Virus record (IMG/VR): IMGVR_UViG_3300027710_000009
Length of the DNA: 64,000 nucleotides
DNA from: a virus
Taxonomy: Duplodnaviria; Heunggongvirae; Uroviricota; Caudoviricetes
Direction: 5' to 3' (one strand)
Translations under genes and position numbers: made by a program
Shown here: positions 38,160 to 47,020 of the stretch, one piece after another
How positions within the stretch are numbered: position 1 is the stretch's first letter
Layout: every line of letters begins with the position of its first letter
The notes under the pieces: model-generated
What the model was told of the DNA's origin: nothing
The model's database searches: none
The model's input: the letters and a program-made list of their open reading frames with translations, nothing else

Positions 38160-39223
38160 AGCTTATTATATAGTGTTTTGCTCTTGAGCTCAATCTTTAA
38201 GGCACTCGTCTCACGAGCGTCCAGTATGCTTTTGAGAACAAACAAAGGGCCAAGGTGTTCCACCGCAGAAGCTGTGTCTTTGTATTTTTCGCTCCACACC
38301 GGAAAGCTCACAGTCCATCCATAGCCTATTGCCGCATCAATAAGACTGCGCCCGGGCCAGACTTTTTTACCTGTGCGTTCGTTCACGTGTACATCAAAGT
38401 CGGGCACCACTATGACTTCTCTACCAAGGCTTTCAATGATGTCTGCTTGTGTATCATTTATTTCGTTGCTCAAGATAGCCACACCATCTATGCTCATGGC
38501 ATCAAATGGGCCTTCTACCACAATAACAAACTGCGAAGTTGGCCGCTGTTTGTCAACGTTGAACACAAAGTTTGGTTCGTGGCTGTTGTGATACTTGGGC
38601 TTTACTCCGTCTACTAGTGCTCTAGCAGTGTAACCAATGATTTGATTTTTCCAAGTAAACGGAATTATCACACGACGATCCAGGTTGTAACTGGACTCAT
38701 CAGTTATGTAAAAGTCATATTTGTTTGTGTTTATCTTGCGATTATAAACATACTCCACTGCATTGTTAAGCTGTTCGGGCACAACATAATCATCGTCAGT
38801 TAGACCTAGCATGGTTGCCCACTCGCTGAAGCTGGCGCTGTCCTCAGGCAAGGGTCTGGGCTTGAACGTTATTTCAACTTCGGGCACTGGCGCACGTTCG
38901 GCTACTGGTACCAGCTCTTTGATACGCAAGGCCTCCATGACCAGTCGCTGTACAGTGTTGTCATCTGCACCTAGCCATTTCAACAACTTGCGGAATTTGA
39001 ATCCAATTGGACGCCCAGGATAGAAGCCTGTTTTGAATCCGCAATTGAAACAATGATAGCTGACAGATCCATCTGCGTTTGGTCTGACGCCGCCGCGCTT
39101 GCGAGTGTCTACGCTTTCGCCGTTGTGCGGGCAACAAACTGCATTGAAGCTGATCCAGTCGTTGGATTGCTTACGCCGGGCTGGCAGTAGTTGCAGTAGC
39201 TCTTGTTGTACTATATCATACAT
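38156..39223 (-). CDS. DNA primase (T4 gp61-like)
   Basis: Zn finger (CC...YHCFNCG), RVIIPF, GYTAR, VEGPFDA, PDFD TOPRIM; start 39223 or 39226. Confidence 0.9.
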   Translation of the reverse strand: MYDIVQQELLQLLPARRKQSNDWISFNAVCCPHNGESVDTRKRGGVRPNADGSVSYHCFNCGFKTGFYPGRPIGFKFRKLLKWLGADDNTVQRLVMEALRIKELVPVAERAPVPEVEITFKPRPLPEDSASFSEWATMLGLTDDDYVVPEQLNNAVEYVYNRKINTNKYDFYITDESSYNLDRRVIIPFTWKNQIIGYTARALVDGVKPKYHNSHEPNFVFNVDKQRPTSQFVIVVEGPFDAMSIDGVAILSNEINDTQADIIESLGREVIVVPDFDVHVNERTGKKVWPGRSLIDAAIGYGWTVSFPVWSEKYKDTASAVEHLGPLFVLKSILDARETSALKIELKSKTLYNKL

Positions 39224-39307
39224 CATGCAAGTGTAACATCAGTCCAAAGAATAATCAAGCCTGATGGCCGATTGGTAAATAATTTGGAGACTAAACTCGG
39301 ACTATAC

Positions 39308-39682
39308 GTGGACGACATTCTAAAAGAATTCATTAAGAAGTACCCCTTTCTAAGCTACGTGGCTTATGGCGGAAACGAATATATTGGCATTGTACAAAAT
39401 GTTGACGATATCCTAACCACCGTGTATGACTACGGTTCCTTGCGAACAGAAACTGAAAAAATAAATTTCCTAGCACTTGGCGAGACCTGGTGGTGGGAAA
39501 GCAATCGCACTATTCCAATCAATGTATTTTTGAGAGCTGACTGGGGACCATTCCGCTACTGCCTTAAAACCATGAATAGCCGTGACGTGGAAATTAGACT
39601 TGGCCCTTATGTTAGCCTCAAAGAAATTGCAGCCAAAAAAACCAAACGTCGATCCATTGTTTTAGTTCGCAAAACTGAGTAA
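39308..39682 (+). CDS. Hypothetical protein (likely GTG start 39308)
   Basis: KYPFLS...YIGIVQN...WWWESNR.IPINVFL; TAAATA at 39276-39281. Confidence 0.75.
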   Translation: MDDILKEFIKKYPFLSYVAYGGNEYIGIVQNVDDILTTVYDYGSLRTETEKINFLALGETWWWESNRTIPINVFLRADWGPFRYCLKTMNSRDVEIRLGPYVSLKEIAAKKTKRRSIVLVRKTE

Positions 39683-40243
39683 GTTCATATTTACTACTAC
39701 CAATTGAGCATATGCTATGGCATGGCTTTTTTTGAAATAGTAGGAATCATCCTGTGGCTTTTCCCAAACTGTGACAGCAATATCACGCCAGGCCTGCCCT
39801 ATTAGGTGTCGTTTGGCAGGACGTATAACACTGAGCAACATGGCCAGGCGTGGAATTGAATCCACAGGTTCTGGCATTTTCTTCAATGTGTTCCAGTGAT
39901 TGTTCACATGTATCAGCTGTTCAAAGAACCCTTGATCTGTGTTGAAACGATTCCAATCTGGTGGCGCTTGCATGAGTTCTTGCAAATGTGCTTCATTGCG
40001 TATCTGCTGATAAAGAGTAACATTCAAGAAATCCAGTTTTAGATATCCACGACTTTCCGCAGTTTCATAGTCTAGGCTGGCAATGCCCAACACAGGATCC
40101 ACAGGAACGTCTGTGACATATACGCCTGTGTTGTGCGGTACCAGTTTTGTATCTTTGAGCTGGCTAGCAGGCACGTGTTTTACCAGTGCTAGAATCTTTT
40201 GCCTGTCAGCAAAGTCAATATCAATGTCTGATTGGAATTTCAT
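39662..40243 (-). CDS. Miniature DNA polymerase III alpha (DnaE) catalytic-core-like protein
   Basis: SDIDIDF, HNTGV, KLDFL, IRPAK, FKKSHAIAYA; about 193 aa. Confidence 0.8.
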   Translation of the reverse strand: MKFQSDIDIDFADRQKILALVKHVPASQLKDTKLVPHNTGVYVTDVPVDPVLGIASLDYETAESRGYLKLDFLNVTLYQQIRNEAHLQELMQAPPDWNRFNTDQGFFEQLIHVNNHWNTLKKMPEPVDSIPRLAMLLSVIRPAKRHLIGQAWRDIAVTVWEKPQDDSYYFKKSHAIAYAQLVVVNMNLLSFAN

Positions 40244-40941
40244 AGCCCTGCTTGCCCTAGCACATGCTTGCACCATTCAGTGTCAGCCACGTAGTCTTTG
40301 AATTTTCGTTGCCAAAAGTCTGGATCAATCCAGTCAATCAGTATGGCCACTTGACCTTCGTCCAGCCCGTCAAGAAACTCAACTCCAGTATCACAAGAGT
40401 ATATGATCCAAGGACTTATCCTGCCAGTGACCACATGATGACAAATGCGGTTGGCATTGGCATACCTGAAGTAATCCCTAAAGCCGTTTTTAAGTTCAGG
40501 ATGTTCGTCTGCATAACTCTGCATCTCATTGAGCGCACGTTCAAGCGCATCCTGTGGAGATTCTTTCTTTAGATACTCATGCAACCACTCTTCGTAAAAA
40601 CTGTCCTTGCACCAGTGATCTATTTTCTTGTTGTTCTTTAACAACCAGTCAGTAAAGTGCTGGCTGTTGATTGCTCTGATACCCACCATGTACCGCCCAA
40701 ACTTAACAAATGCATTGTAATAAGGACTGGTCACAAAGTCTTCATAGCTTTTGAGTCGAGCACTGCCTTGTGTGGTTTCATAAAAACGCAAGTATGCTCG
40801 TAGACCCAGTTGCACCCCTGTTTCTTTTTCCTGTTGCCACCTGCGCTTTTGCTCGCAAAGATGCGCCGCAAGTGTTGACTCCTTGCGAAACTCTTTTTCA
40901 CAATAACGACACTTAAAGGTCTGACTTGATTCGCTTGTCAT
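40240..40941 (-). CDS. Zinc-finger-containing hypothetical replication protein
   Basis: CRYCEKEF..ESTLAAHLC. Confidence 0.7.
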   Translation of the reverse strand: MTSESSQTFKCRYCEKEFRKESTLAAHLCEQKRRWQQEKETGVQLGLRAYLRFYETTQGSARLKSYEDFVTSPYYNAFVKFGRYMVGIRAINSQHFTDWLLKNNKKIDHWCKDSFYEEWLHEYLKKESPQDALERALNEMQSYADEHPELKNGFRDYFRYANANRICHHVVTGRISPWIIYSCDTGVEFLDGLDEGQVAILIDWIDPDFWQRKFKDYVADTEWCKHVLGQAGL

Positions 40942-41377
40942 CCCACCCTAGTTCCTTTGCCGTGCGTTTGATATCTTCTTTGCTGTTGATGCTGGCAAGC
41001 AATTCAAGATCATCTCGCTTGAGATGTGGATACAACTGATTCAAAAACTTTAGATGCTTGTTTTCGTAGCCAGCATTTTTTTTCTTGTTTGGAATATACT
41101 GATGCTTGAATGTACCAATGCCAGGACTTACTGCCGTGGCACATAGCCATTGTAACTTTGGATGTTTGCTGATGTCAAAGTAGTTGGTGTTGAGATTTTC
41201 ATTACAACTCATCACATAGTAAGCCTGGATGTTGCTGGGCGCTTGCACTTGACTGCTCCAACGCAACATCAAATACAAACTAAATTTCTTCTTTTCTTCG
41301 TCAGTCAGCTCATCGTAGAAGTCTCGATTCTTACGATCCAGCTGTGCCATTTCGTTGTTGATGTTTAGCTTATCCAT
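40913..41377 (-). CDS. Possible clamp-loader small subunit (gp62-like)
   Basis: Size, replication context, Y.MLRW.S and HPKLQW motifs; homology not verified. Confidence 0.45.
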   Translation of the reverse strand: MDKLNINNEMAQLDRKNRDFYDELTDEEKKKFSLYLMLRWSSQVQAPSNIQAYYVMSCNENLNTNYFDISKHPKLQWLCATAVSPGIGTFKHQYIPNKKKNAGYENKHLKFLNQLYPHLKRDDLELLASINSKEDIKRTAKELGWDDKRIKSDL

Positions 41378-41618
41378 TTTGTTTCTTCAGCGTGTAGAGT
41401 ATTTTAGCACGTTCTAGACATTCTTGCAAGCCAGGATCATCCCGATAGCGAGCATCAAACATCATGTTGATAAAGTCGTTTAGATCGTACAAGGCATCTG
41501 CCACAACCATTTCTTGTAGATCTGGATGCTTGATGTACACAGTATCCGCACCATCTGTGTGATGCATGATATTGATAGTTGTACAGTTCTTAATGGTTGC
41601 GTTTGCCATCGAACACAC
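41370..41618 (-). CDS. Small hypothetical protein (start uncertain)
   Basis: ORF in operon; ends LQECLERAKILYTLKK. Confidence 0.6.
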   Translation of the reverse strand: MCSMANATIKNCTTINIMHHTDGADTVYIKHPDLQEMVVADALYDLNDFINMMFDARYRDDPGLQECLERAKILYTLKKQNG

Positions 41619-41928
41619 AGTTGAAAAGCAAATGCATTTCGCCGTCGTTGATCACCCGATGGAAAGCACCGTCTGGAATAAGCACAACGTCACCGCCTAC
41701 AACTGCAAACGGTTCTGAATCTTCTTCACCCACAATCATTTTGCCTGATCCCTGTACAAAGAAGTACACTTCTTCTTGGCCAGGATGTCTATGTCCTCTA
41801 GTGCTTTGATCACGATACAATTTTGTTGAACTTAGCACAAGATTGTTCAAGGTCTTGTTGTCTTTGAGCAGGTAAGTTTCATTGTCCTTGACAATTTCGC
41901 CACCAATATCATGTACATTGAGTTTCAT
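41590..41928 (-). CDS. Cupin-domain protein
   Basis: GHRH...EEVYFFVQGSG...GDVVLIPDGAFHRVIN. Confidence 0.9.
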   Translation of the reverse strand: MKLNVHDIGGEIVKDNETYLLKDNKTLNNLVLSSTKLYRDQSTRGHRHPGQEEVYFFVQGSGKMIVGEEDSEPFAVVGGDVVLIPDGAFHRVINDGEMHLLFNCVFDGKRNH

Positions 41929-42429
41929 TTACCATACCTTTCCGTAGTCTACTACTTCACATTGTCTGCTGATCTCTTTCACAAAGTATGCACACACAGG
42001 ATTGTCTCCGGTGGTTAGTGGAATGGCCAACAGTTGTCCTGGGCGCAGTTTAGGAAAGTACCATTTGGTGTCATGATAGATGTCCATGATGTCCACTGGA
42101 AAAAACTCTGGCTTAAAACTCTTCAGCGGGTTGAATGTAAACACACTAAAGCCACGATCGTTGATACTGGTCAATGGCACAACTTCTAGGTCTCCAAAGT
42201 CAGGTTCGCCAATCAGGATCTGCCAGTCCACAGGCATTTTAATTGTGTGCGGTCCTATGCGTAATACCAAGGCCGGCGAGTTGAAACTTTCTAGGAATAT
42301 CAGTGGAATAAAAAAGTAGTCTGGGTCCTTGGGATTGCTGTTGTCAAAAACACAAAAGCGCAGATCATCTACTTCATCCGGTATTTCATCCATTTCAAAA
42401 CTTGTGTTGTCTAAGGTTAAAATTCTCAT
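41929..42429 (-). CDS. Hypothetical protein
   Basis: 166 aa ORF downstream of UvsW. Confidence 0.75.
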   Translation of the reverse strand: MRILTLDNTSFEMDEIPDEVDDLRFCVFDNSNPKDPDYFFIPLIFLESFNSPALVLRIGPHTIKMPVDWQILIGEPDFGDLEVVPLTSINDRGFSVFTFNPLKSFKPEFFPVDIMDIYHDTKWYFPKLRPGQLLAIPLTTGDNPVCAYFVKEISRQCEVVDYGKVW

Positions 42430-42442
42430 TTTTCTTCTTTCA

Positions 42443-43897
42443 TTATTGCCATTCTGTTTTTTCTACCGCAAAAGGATAGTTAGCTTCTTTATAAAATTGT
42501 TTACGTTTGGTCAAATGGCGTTTGGCAAACTTGCATGTGCTAGTAATGTCCCATATCTGCACAAAGTCTTTGTCTTCTGCTTTGCGAATACCACGTCCAA
42601 TACTTTGTATAACCCTAACAAAACTCTTTCCAGGTTCAACCAAAACCAAGTTAAAGATCCTGGGTATGTTGATACCCACAGCAGCCACACCGTATGTGGC
42701 CACAATGATTTTGCCTGTTGCTGTGGCCACGTCATCGTATTCATCTTGTCTGTCCTTTGCTTTGGTTGCACCCGACACAAATACTGCATTGTCGCCCAGG
42801 CGTTTGACCAGTTCTTGTCCTGCGGCCACACGGTCTACCAAGATAAGAGTATTGCCTGTGTCTTTGATGGTGCCTGCTAGCTTGGCAATGTAGTCCAATC
42901 GCTCAGGTGTGTCTAGTAGGTATTTGAGTTCGCTTTGATAGTTTGAGTATTCCACATGGTCCACAAGTTGCACCACGTTCACGTGACATTGACTAAGGTG
43001 TCCTGCTTCTTGTAGTGTTGCGGCCTTCAAACTGCCCACAACCTCGCCAAGAGCACACTTGATGCTCATCCACTCATATTGCTCTTTGGGTATGGTTCCT
43101 GTGAGTCCCCAGCGAATAGGAATGTGCCCCATCACTCCTGTCAGCAGAGTCTTTAATGCATCTGCTTTGGCCATGTGTACTTCATCTACAATAACACACA
43201 CAACATCTTCCAAAAACTCACCAATGGTGATATCTGCTTCTGCATTTTTTGTGTTCTTGAGCAAGATGTTTAGACTTTGCCAGGTGCAGATTGTGTGCTG
43301 GCGACCAAACTCTTTGAGATCTCCAAAGTACACACCAACGTCAAGCCCCATGTTGAGATAGTCTTTGTGTGTTTGTGTCACTAGACTCTTGTTGGGCACA
43401 ATAACAATACTACGACCATAGGGTGTGACTGCATCGCTTAGTGCGGCTGTGATAACAGTTTTACCTGCACCTGTTGCCACTTCTTGCACACTTTGCGGAT
43501 TCTCAAAGAAACGATTTATAATCTCCACCTGATAGTCACGCATGGCCATGGGCTGACCTTCCATTGGGTGACCCTTGGGCCAGGCAATGTGCCCGTAACT
43601 GTTTTCAGTTACTGCGGTAAAATCAAATGTGGTCTTGTAGTCGCGAGTGTCTTCAACATCAATATCATAACCTTGTTCGGTTAGATAAGGCAGAATCTCA
43701 GGCAGCAGATTGATGTAAGTGCTACCCCCTAATTGGAAAAAGCTAACCTTGCCATCCCAACGTCCCAGTCGCACTGCGGGCAAGTATCTTGCTCCAGGAA
43801 TATCAAACTTAAATTTATCTACTAGTGCTTTGCGTTCAGCAAGTTCTAGTCCTTCAATTTTTACGTTTACTTCGTCTTTAATAATCAATTTTGCCAT
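42443..43897 (-). CDS. uvsW: SF2 DNA helicase UvsW-like
   Basis: G.WDGK, RDYQ, ATGAGKT, DEVH, GLTGT, GINIP, QSIGRGIR. Confidence 0.92.
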   Translation of the reverse strand: MAKLIIKDEVNVKIEGLELAERKALVDKFKFDIPGARYLPAVRLGRWDGKVSFFQLGGSTYINLLPEILPYLTEQGYDIDVEDTRDYKTTFDFTAVTENSYGHIAWPKGHPMEGQPMAMRDYQVEIINRFFENPQSVQEVATGAGKTVITAALSDAVTPYGRSIVIVPNKSLVTQTHKDYLNMGLDVGVYFGDLKEFGRQHTICTWQSLNILLKNTKNAEADITIGEFLEDVVCVIVDEVHMAKADALKTLLTGVMGHIPIRWGLTGTIPKEQYEWMSIKCALGEVVGSLKAATLQEAGHLSQCHVNVVQLVDHVEYSNYQSELKYLLDTPERLDYIAKLAGTIKDTGNTLILVDRVAAGQELVKRLGDNAVFVSGATKAKDRQDEYDDVATATGKIIVATYGVAAVGINIPRIFNLVLVEPGKSFVRVIQSIGRGIRKAEDKDFVQIWDITSTCKFAKRHLTKRKQFYKEANYPFAVEKTEWQ

Positions 43898-43938
43898 AAT
43901 AGCACTATAACATGAACGTTAACAAAAAGCAATACCCC

Positions 43939-45069
43939 TTACCCAAGTTTATGGTTAAAATAAATAATCTTCCGGCTGTTCTGCACCATGAGTGATTTTT
44001 CTGCGCCGGCCAACAACCCAGCATGACTGATCAGTAACGGGATAGTGTCAAGCTCTCGCATGACCTTGTGTGTCCATATCACTGGTGCATCAGATACATT
44101 TGTTTTGTTTTTGTTGCCTTGAACTTCTACGTTTTCTGTGCCCAATAGCTCAAGGTATTTTTGATCACTGCCGCTGGCACTAGGGTCAAACACAATCATG
44201 GGCAATCTATTTACCAGCTGTGCATAGGCAAACAGCCTGGGTATTTGTCCAAAATCTCCAATGAGTTCGTAACTGGACTTGCGTATGAACACACTGATGT
44301 CTGGACCAGCAATGTGATCAACTTCTGCCCACACACTGTCACTGATAGTGTAGCCTAGCTCACTGCCTAGGTCAGCCAGTCGCAGTAGATTATCATCTGT
44401 AAAATCCACACCTTGTTCTGCCAAGTACTCTAGCAAACTTGATTCAGCGTTTTCAATTCTAAGTTGACCATTGATTCGTGTTAGTTCAATTGCATAAGTC
44501 TGTTGTTCTGCGGCTAGAATCTCATCCATGATCTCACTCAGCTCTTCGCTGATCTCAAACTGGTTGGCCTTGGCCCAGGCCACAACAAAATTTACATTGA
44601 ACTCGCTCAGTGCAATGTTCCAGCTTTTTTCTTCTTTGTCAAATTGTGCAAAGCCTTGTCGTTGTTGTAGCAACTCTCTCAACTGTTGAATCATTTTAGT
44701 GTCGTAAGGAAACTTCAACACCATATGGTCGCCGTCAACCCAACAACGTCGACTCCGGTCAAGCATGCGCAAGGGTTTACGATACTGTGGCGCCGCCATT
44801 GGCTCAATGTTGATTCCTTTGCTGGCCAGTTGTCGTTGATACTTGAATATCAACTTCAAGGCAAGGTCGGCTTGACGATCAGTTAGTGCGCCTGAGCCGA
44901 GTGTGTGGTCAGTAACACTGTCAAGAAAGGATGTGTCATAACGTGCTAGGCTTACAATAGGATCAAACTCATAGCCAAGCCAACCAGAGCTCTTGACATT
45001 GCCTTGTGCAATATCTCTTTTGCCGGCTATCACTTCTAAATAATCTTCGACCGTAGGAAAGGTTTTCAT
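43939..45069 (-). CDS. Hypothetical protein (likely start MKTF at 45069)
   Basis: Long ORF; TTGACT-17-TACAAT promoter just upstream of 45069. Confidence 0.75.
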   Translation of the reverse strand: MKTFPTVEDYLEVIAGKRDIAQGNVKSSGWLGYEFDPIVSLARYDTSFLDSVTDHTLGSGALTDRQADLALKLIFKYQRQLASKGINIEPMAAPQYRKPLRMLDRSRRCWVDGDHMVLKFPYDTKMIQQLRELLQQRQGFAQFDKEEKSWNIALSEFNVNFVVAWAKANQFEISEELSEIMDEILAAEQQTYAIELTRINGQLRIENAESSLLEYLAEQGVDFTDDNLLRLADLGSELGYTISDSVWAEVDHIAGPDISVFIRKSSYELIGDFGQIPRLFAYAQLVNRLPMIVFDPSASGSDQKYLELLGTENVEVQGNKNKTNVSDAPVIWTHKVMRELDTIPLLISHAGLLAGAEKSLMVQNSRKIIYFNHKLG

Positions 45070-45101
45070 GCTGTATTGTAACACCTGCATAAACAGAAGT
45101 C

Positions 45102-45132
45102 AAAAAAAAGCCCTATCATTTCTGATAGGGCT
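45102..45132 (-). terminator. Rho-independent terminator of the AAA gene
   Basis: 10-bp stem, GAAA tetraloop, T-run. Confidence 0.9.
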
Positions 45133-45200
45133 GTTAAGGGGGTTGTGGAAAGGAGCTAACAAACCACAACCATTAAACGGAATAGTATCCGCTTAATTCT
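45102..45200 (-). ncRNA. Structured 3' UTR / candidate sRNA: two hairpins plus terminator, middle loop carries anti-SD GCUCCUUU
   Basis: GGTTGTGG-TTTGTTAGCTCCTTT-CCACAACC then AGCCCTATCA-GAAA-TGATAGGGCT-T7. Confidence 0.5.
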
Positions 45201-46244
45201 TTACGCAACCTTCATACAGGTTGTACGTGCCATTTTTTCCCAGCTGTTAGGAAAGCTCTTGTACAGTTGAGCAATCTTGATTGCCATACGCAAGCTCATT
45301 TCACGCAATGCATTCTTGTTGGCATCCATGAACTCAATAATCATGTCTTGACCAACATCGCTGATGTCCATGTCTTCGAACAAAGCACCAGTCTTGGCAA
45401 TTTGCTTGATACGCAACAACTTGTCACGCATGGTGTCCAGAGTCAAGTCAAGATAGTGACAACGTGACTGCAATGCATCCAAGTGGTCCTTGAGCTTCTG
45501 GCTCTTCATCTTGTCAAACTTCATGTTGGTGATAAACACAACAGAGCCTTTGAACTCAAAGCTGTCTGGGATGCCTTCGCGGCGCAATGCACTTGACTCT
45601 GACAACCAAGAAATCTTACGCTTCTTGCCCGAGTCCAAGGCACCCTTTAACAGGTTCAAACTAACGTCATCTAACAAAATACTGTCGCAGTCGTCAAACA
45701 CAACCACACAATTCTCATCCGAGTACTTGTACAGAGTTTGGAACAAGCCAATAGGAGTAGCAGAGCCTTTGACAACTTCTGCGCGAAGCCTGCGGCCTGC
45801 GATAGTGTCAAACAGGGTAGCCTTTTCGATCTCTTGCTCTACACCGTATGACTTACCAACTCCAGGAGGGCCACTCACAATCATTGCACGGATGTCGCCA
45901 GCCACAGCGGCCTTGGTCATCTCTGTAAGCATTTCAAAACGCTCGGCAATATCAGCCATGCGTTCTTCGTCAGTTTGTGACGCTTGCACAACTGCTTCAA
46001 CATCTGAGTCCATGGGTGCAACAACACCTTCAAAATCGCCTTCACCGGCAAACTCGTAGTCTGTCATGCCTTCAACTTTGACACGGATTTCTTCTGGAAA
46101 GCCAGGAAACTTGCCACCGTTCTTCACAGTAACATAACCACCTTTGGCAGTCATCTTAAACTGCTCTACGAGCTGGAACACTTGTCCAGACACGTCTGTT
46201 GCACGATAAGCACCTGACTTGATACGGATGAATGCTGTTGACAT
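45201..46244 (-). CDS. AAA+ ATPase, early
   Basis: GPPGVGKS, VFDDCD, FITN, ALQSR; own sigma70 promoter and AAGGAGC SD. Confidence 0.88.
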   Translation of the reverse strand: MSTAFIRIKSGAYRATDVSGQVFQLVEQFKMTAKGGYVTVKNGGKFPGFPEEIRVKVEGMTDYEFAGEGDFEGVVAPMDSDVEAVVQASQTDEERMADIAERFEMLTEMTKAAVAGDIRAMIVSGPPGVGKSYGVEQEIEKATLFDTIAGRRLRAEVVKGSATPIGLFQTLYKYSDENCVVVFDDCDSILLDDVSLNLLKGALDSGKKRKISWLSESSALRREGIPDSFEFKGSVVFITNMKFDKMKSQKLKDHLDALQSRCHYLDLTLDTMRDKLLRIKQIAKTGALFEDMDISDVGQDMIIEFMDANKNALREMSLRMAIKIAQLYKSFPNSWEKMARTTCMKVA

Positions 46245-46286
46245 TTAAGGGCTCCTTTTTTATGTCGTTTGTTTAACTTAACCTAT

Positions 46287-46315
46287 AGTATAGCAAAAAC
46301 GGGCTTATTGGTCAA
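46287..46315 (-). promoter_or_regulatory. Early promoter TTGACC-17-TATACT
   Basis: Consensus hexamers, shared spacer GCCC motif. Confidence 0.85.
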
Positions 46316-46451
46316 CCGTTTGTGTTGCTTGTTCTACAAGAATTTGTTGCGAAAAAACAACACCGCCGTTGGCTACTTTATACATCTCTGCTACATCTTT
46401 GACGTAAAATTGCATGATTTTACCTTGTGCAGTGATAAGAGTGTATTGCAT
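46305..46451 (-). CDS. 48-aa early peptide MQYTLITAQGKIMQFYVKDVAEMYKVANGGVVFSQQILVEQATQTVDQ (not in ORF track)
   Basis: Own promoter (46484-46512) and GGAGC SD. Confidence 0.75.
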   Translation of the reverse strand: MQYTLITAQGKIMQFYVKDVAEMYKVANGGVVFSQQILVEQATQTVDQ

Positions 46452-46483
46452 TTAGCGGCTCCGTTTGTTTAACTTATGCATAT

Positions 46484-46512
46484 ATTATAGCAAAACGGGC
46501 CATAATGGTCAA
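46484..46512 (-). promoter_or_regulatory. Early promoter TTGACC-17-TATAAT
   Basis: Consensus hexamers. Confidence 0.85.
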
Positions 46513-46531
46513 CCACTAAAAACCCCAGTGT

Positions 46532-47020
46532 TTATGCGGGTTCTGCAGGGGTGTTTTGGGCAGATAGCTTGCAAAGTAGCTGAAAATGCTCGTATGCAGC
46601 CTTAATACTTTCGTTTGCTAGCAGTTTCTGCGCTTCTTCTTGTAGTGCTACACCAGCGGCTTCTGCGGCTTCGCGGGCTGAAGGCCACTCCAACTGACGT
46701 GCATCCTCGCCAAATTCCTTGATCAAGTTAGCCCATGCTCGGCGTTGCCCAGGAGTCATTTCCTTTTGACGCATGCGATAGTTGGCACGAAGCTCTGTGG
46801 CTTCCATGATTTTTTTGCTCACAGCATCTTCGCAGTATTTGGCCGCGGCCATCATGGGCACGATATCAGGGTCCACACTGTAGCAACGACTGGTTATACC
46901 TTTTTGCTTGATAATAACAGTCGTGCCTAACGGAATGTAGTCCATCATCTCGTTGTCGTACTCGCCAATCTCAACGTATCGACGCCCAACTTTTTTGTAA
47001 ATTCCTGTTGGCTTTTTCAT
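46532..47020 (-). CDS. Hypothetical protein
   Basis: YKKVGRRYVEI start motif; ATGA overlap. Confidence 0.75.
   Translation of the reverse strand: MKKPTGIYKKVGRRYVEIGEYDNEMMDYIPLGTTVIIKQKGITSRCYSVDPDIVPMMAAAKYCEDAVSKKIMEATELRANYRMRQKEMTPGQRRAWANLIKEFGEDARQLEWPSAREAAEAAGVALQEEAQKLLANESIKAAYEHFQLLCKLSAQNTPAEPA

Noticed and set aside
41929-42429. Possible degenerate Hint-fold protein
   Set aside because: Only a vague beta-pattern resemblance; no N-terminal Cys, TxxH or terminal HN motifs
45149-45175. Plus-strand AAAGGAG as RBS of a hidden gene
   Set aside because: No start codon at a suitable distance; better explained as a hairpin loop on the minus-strand transcript
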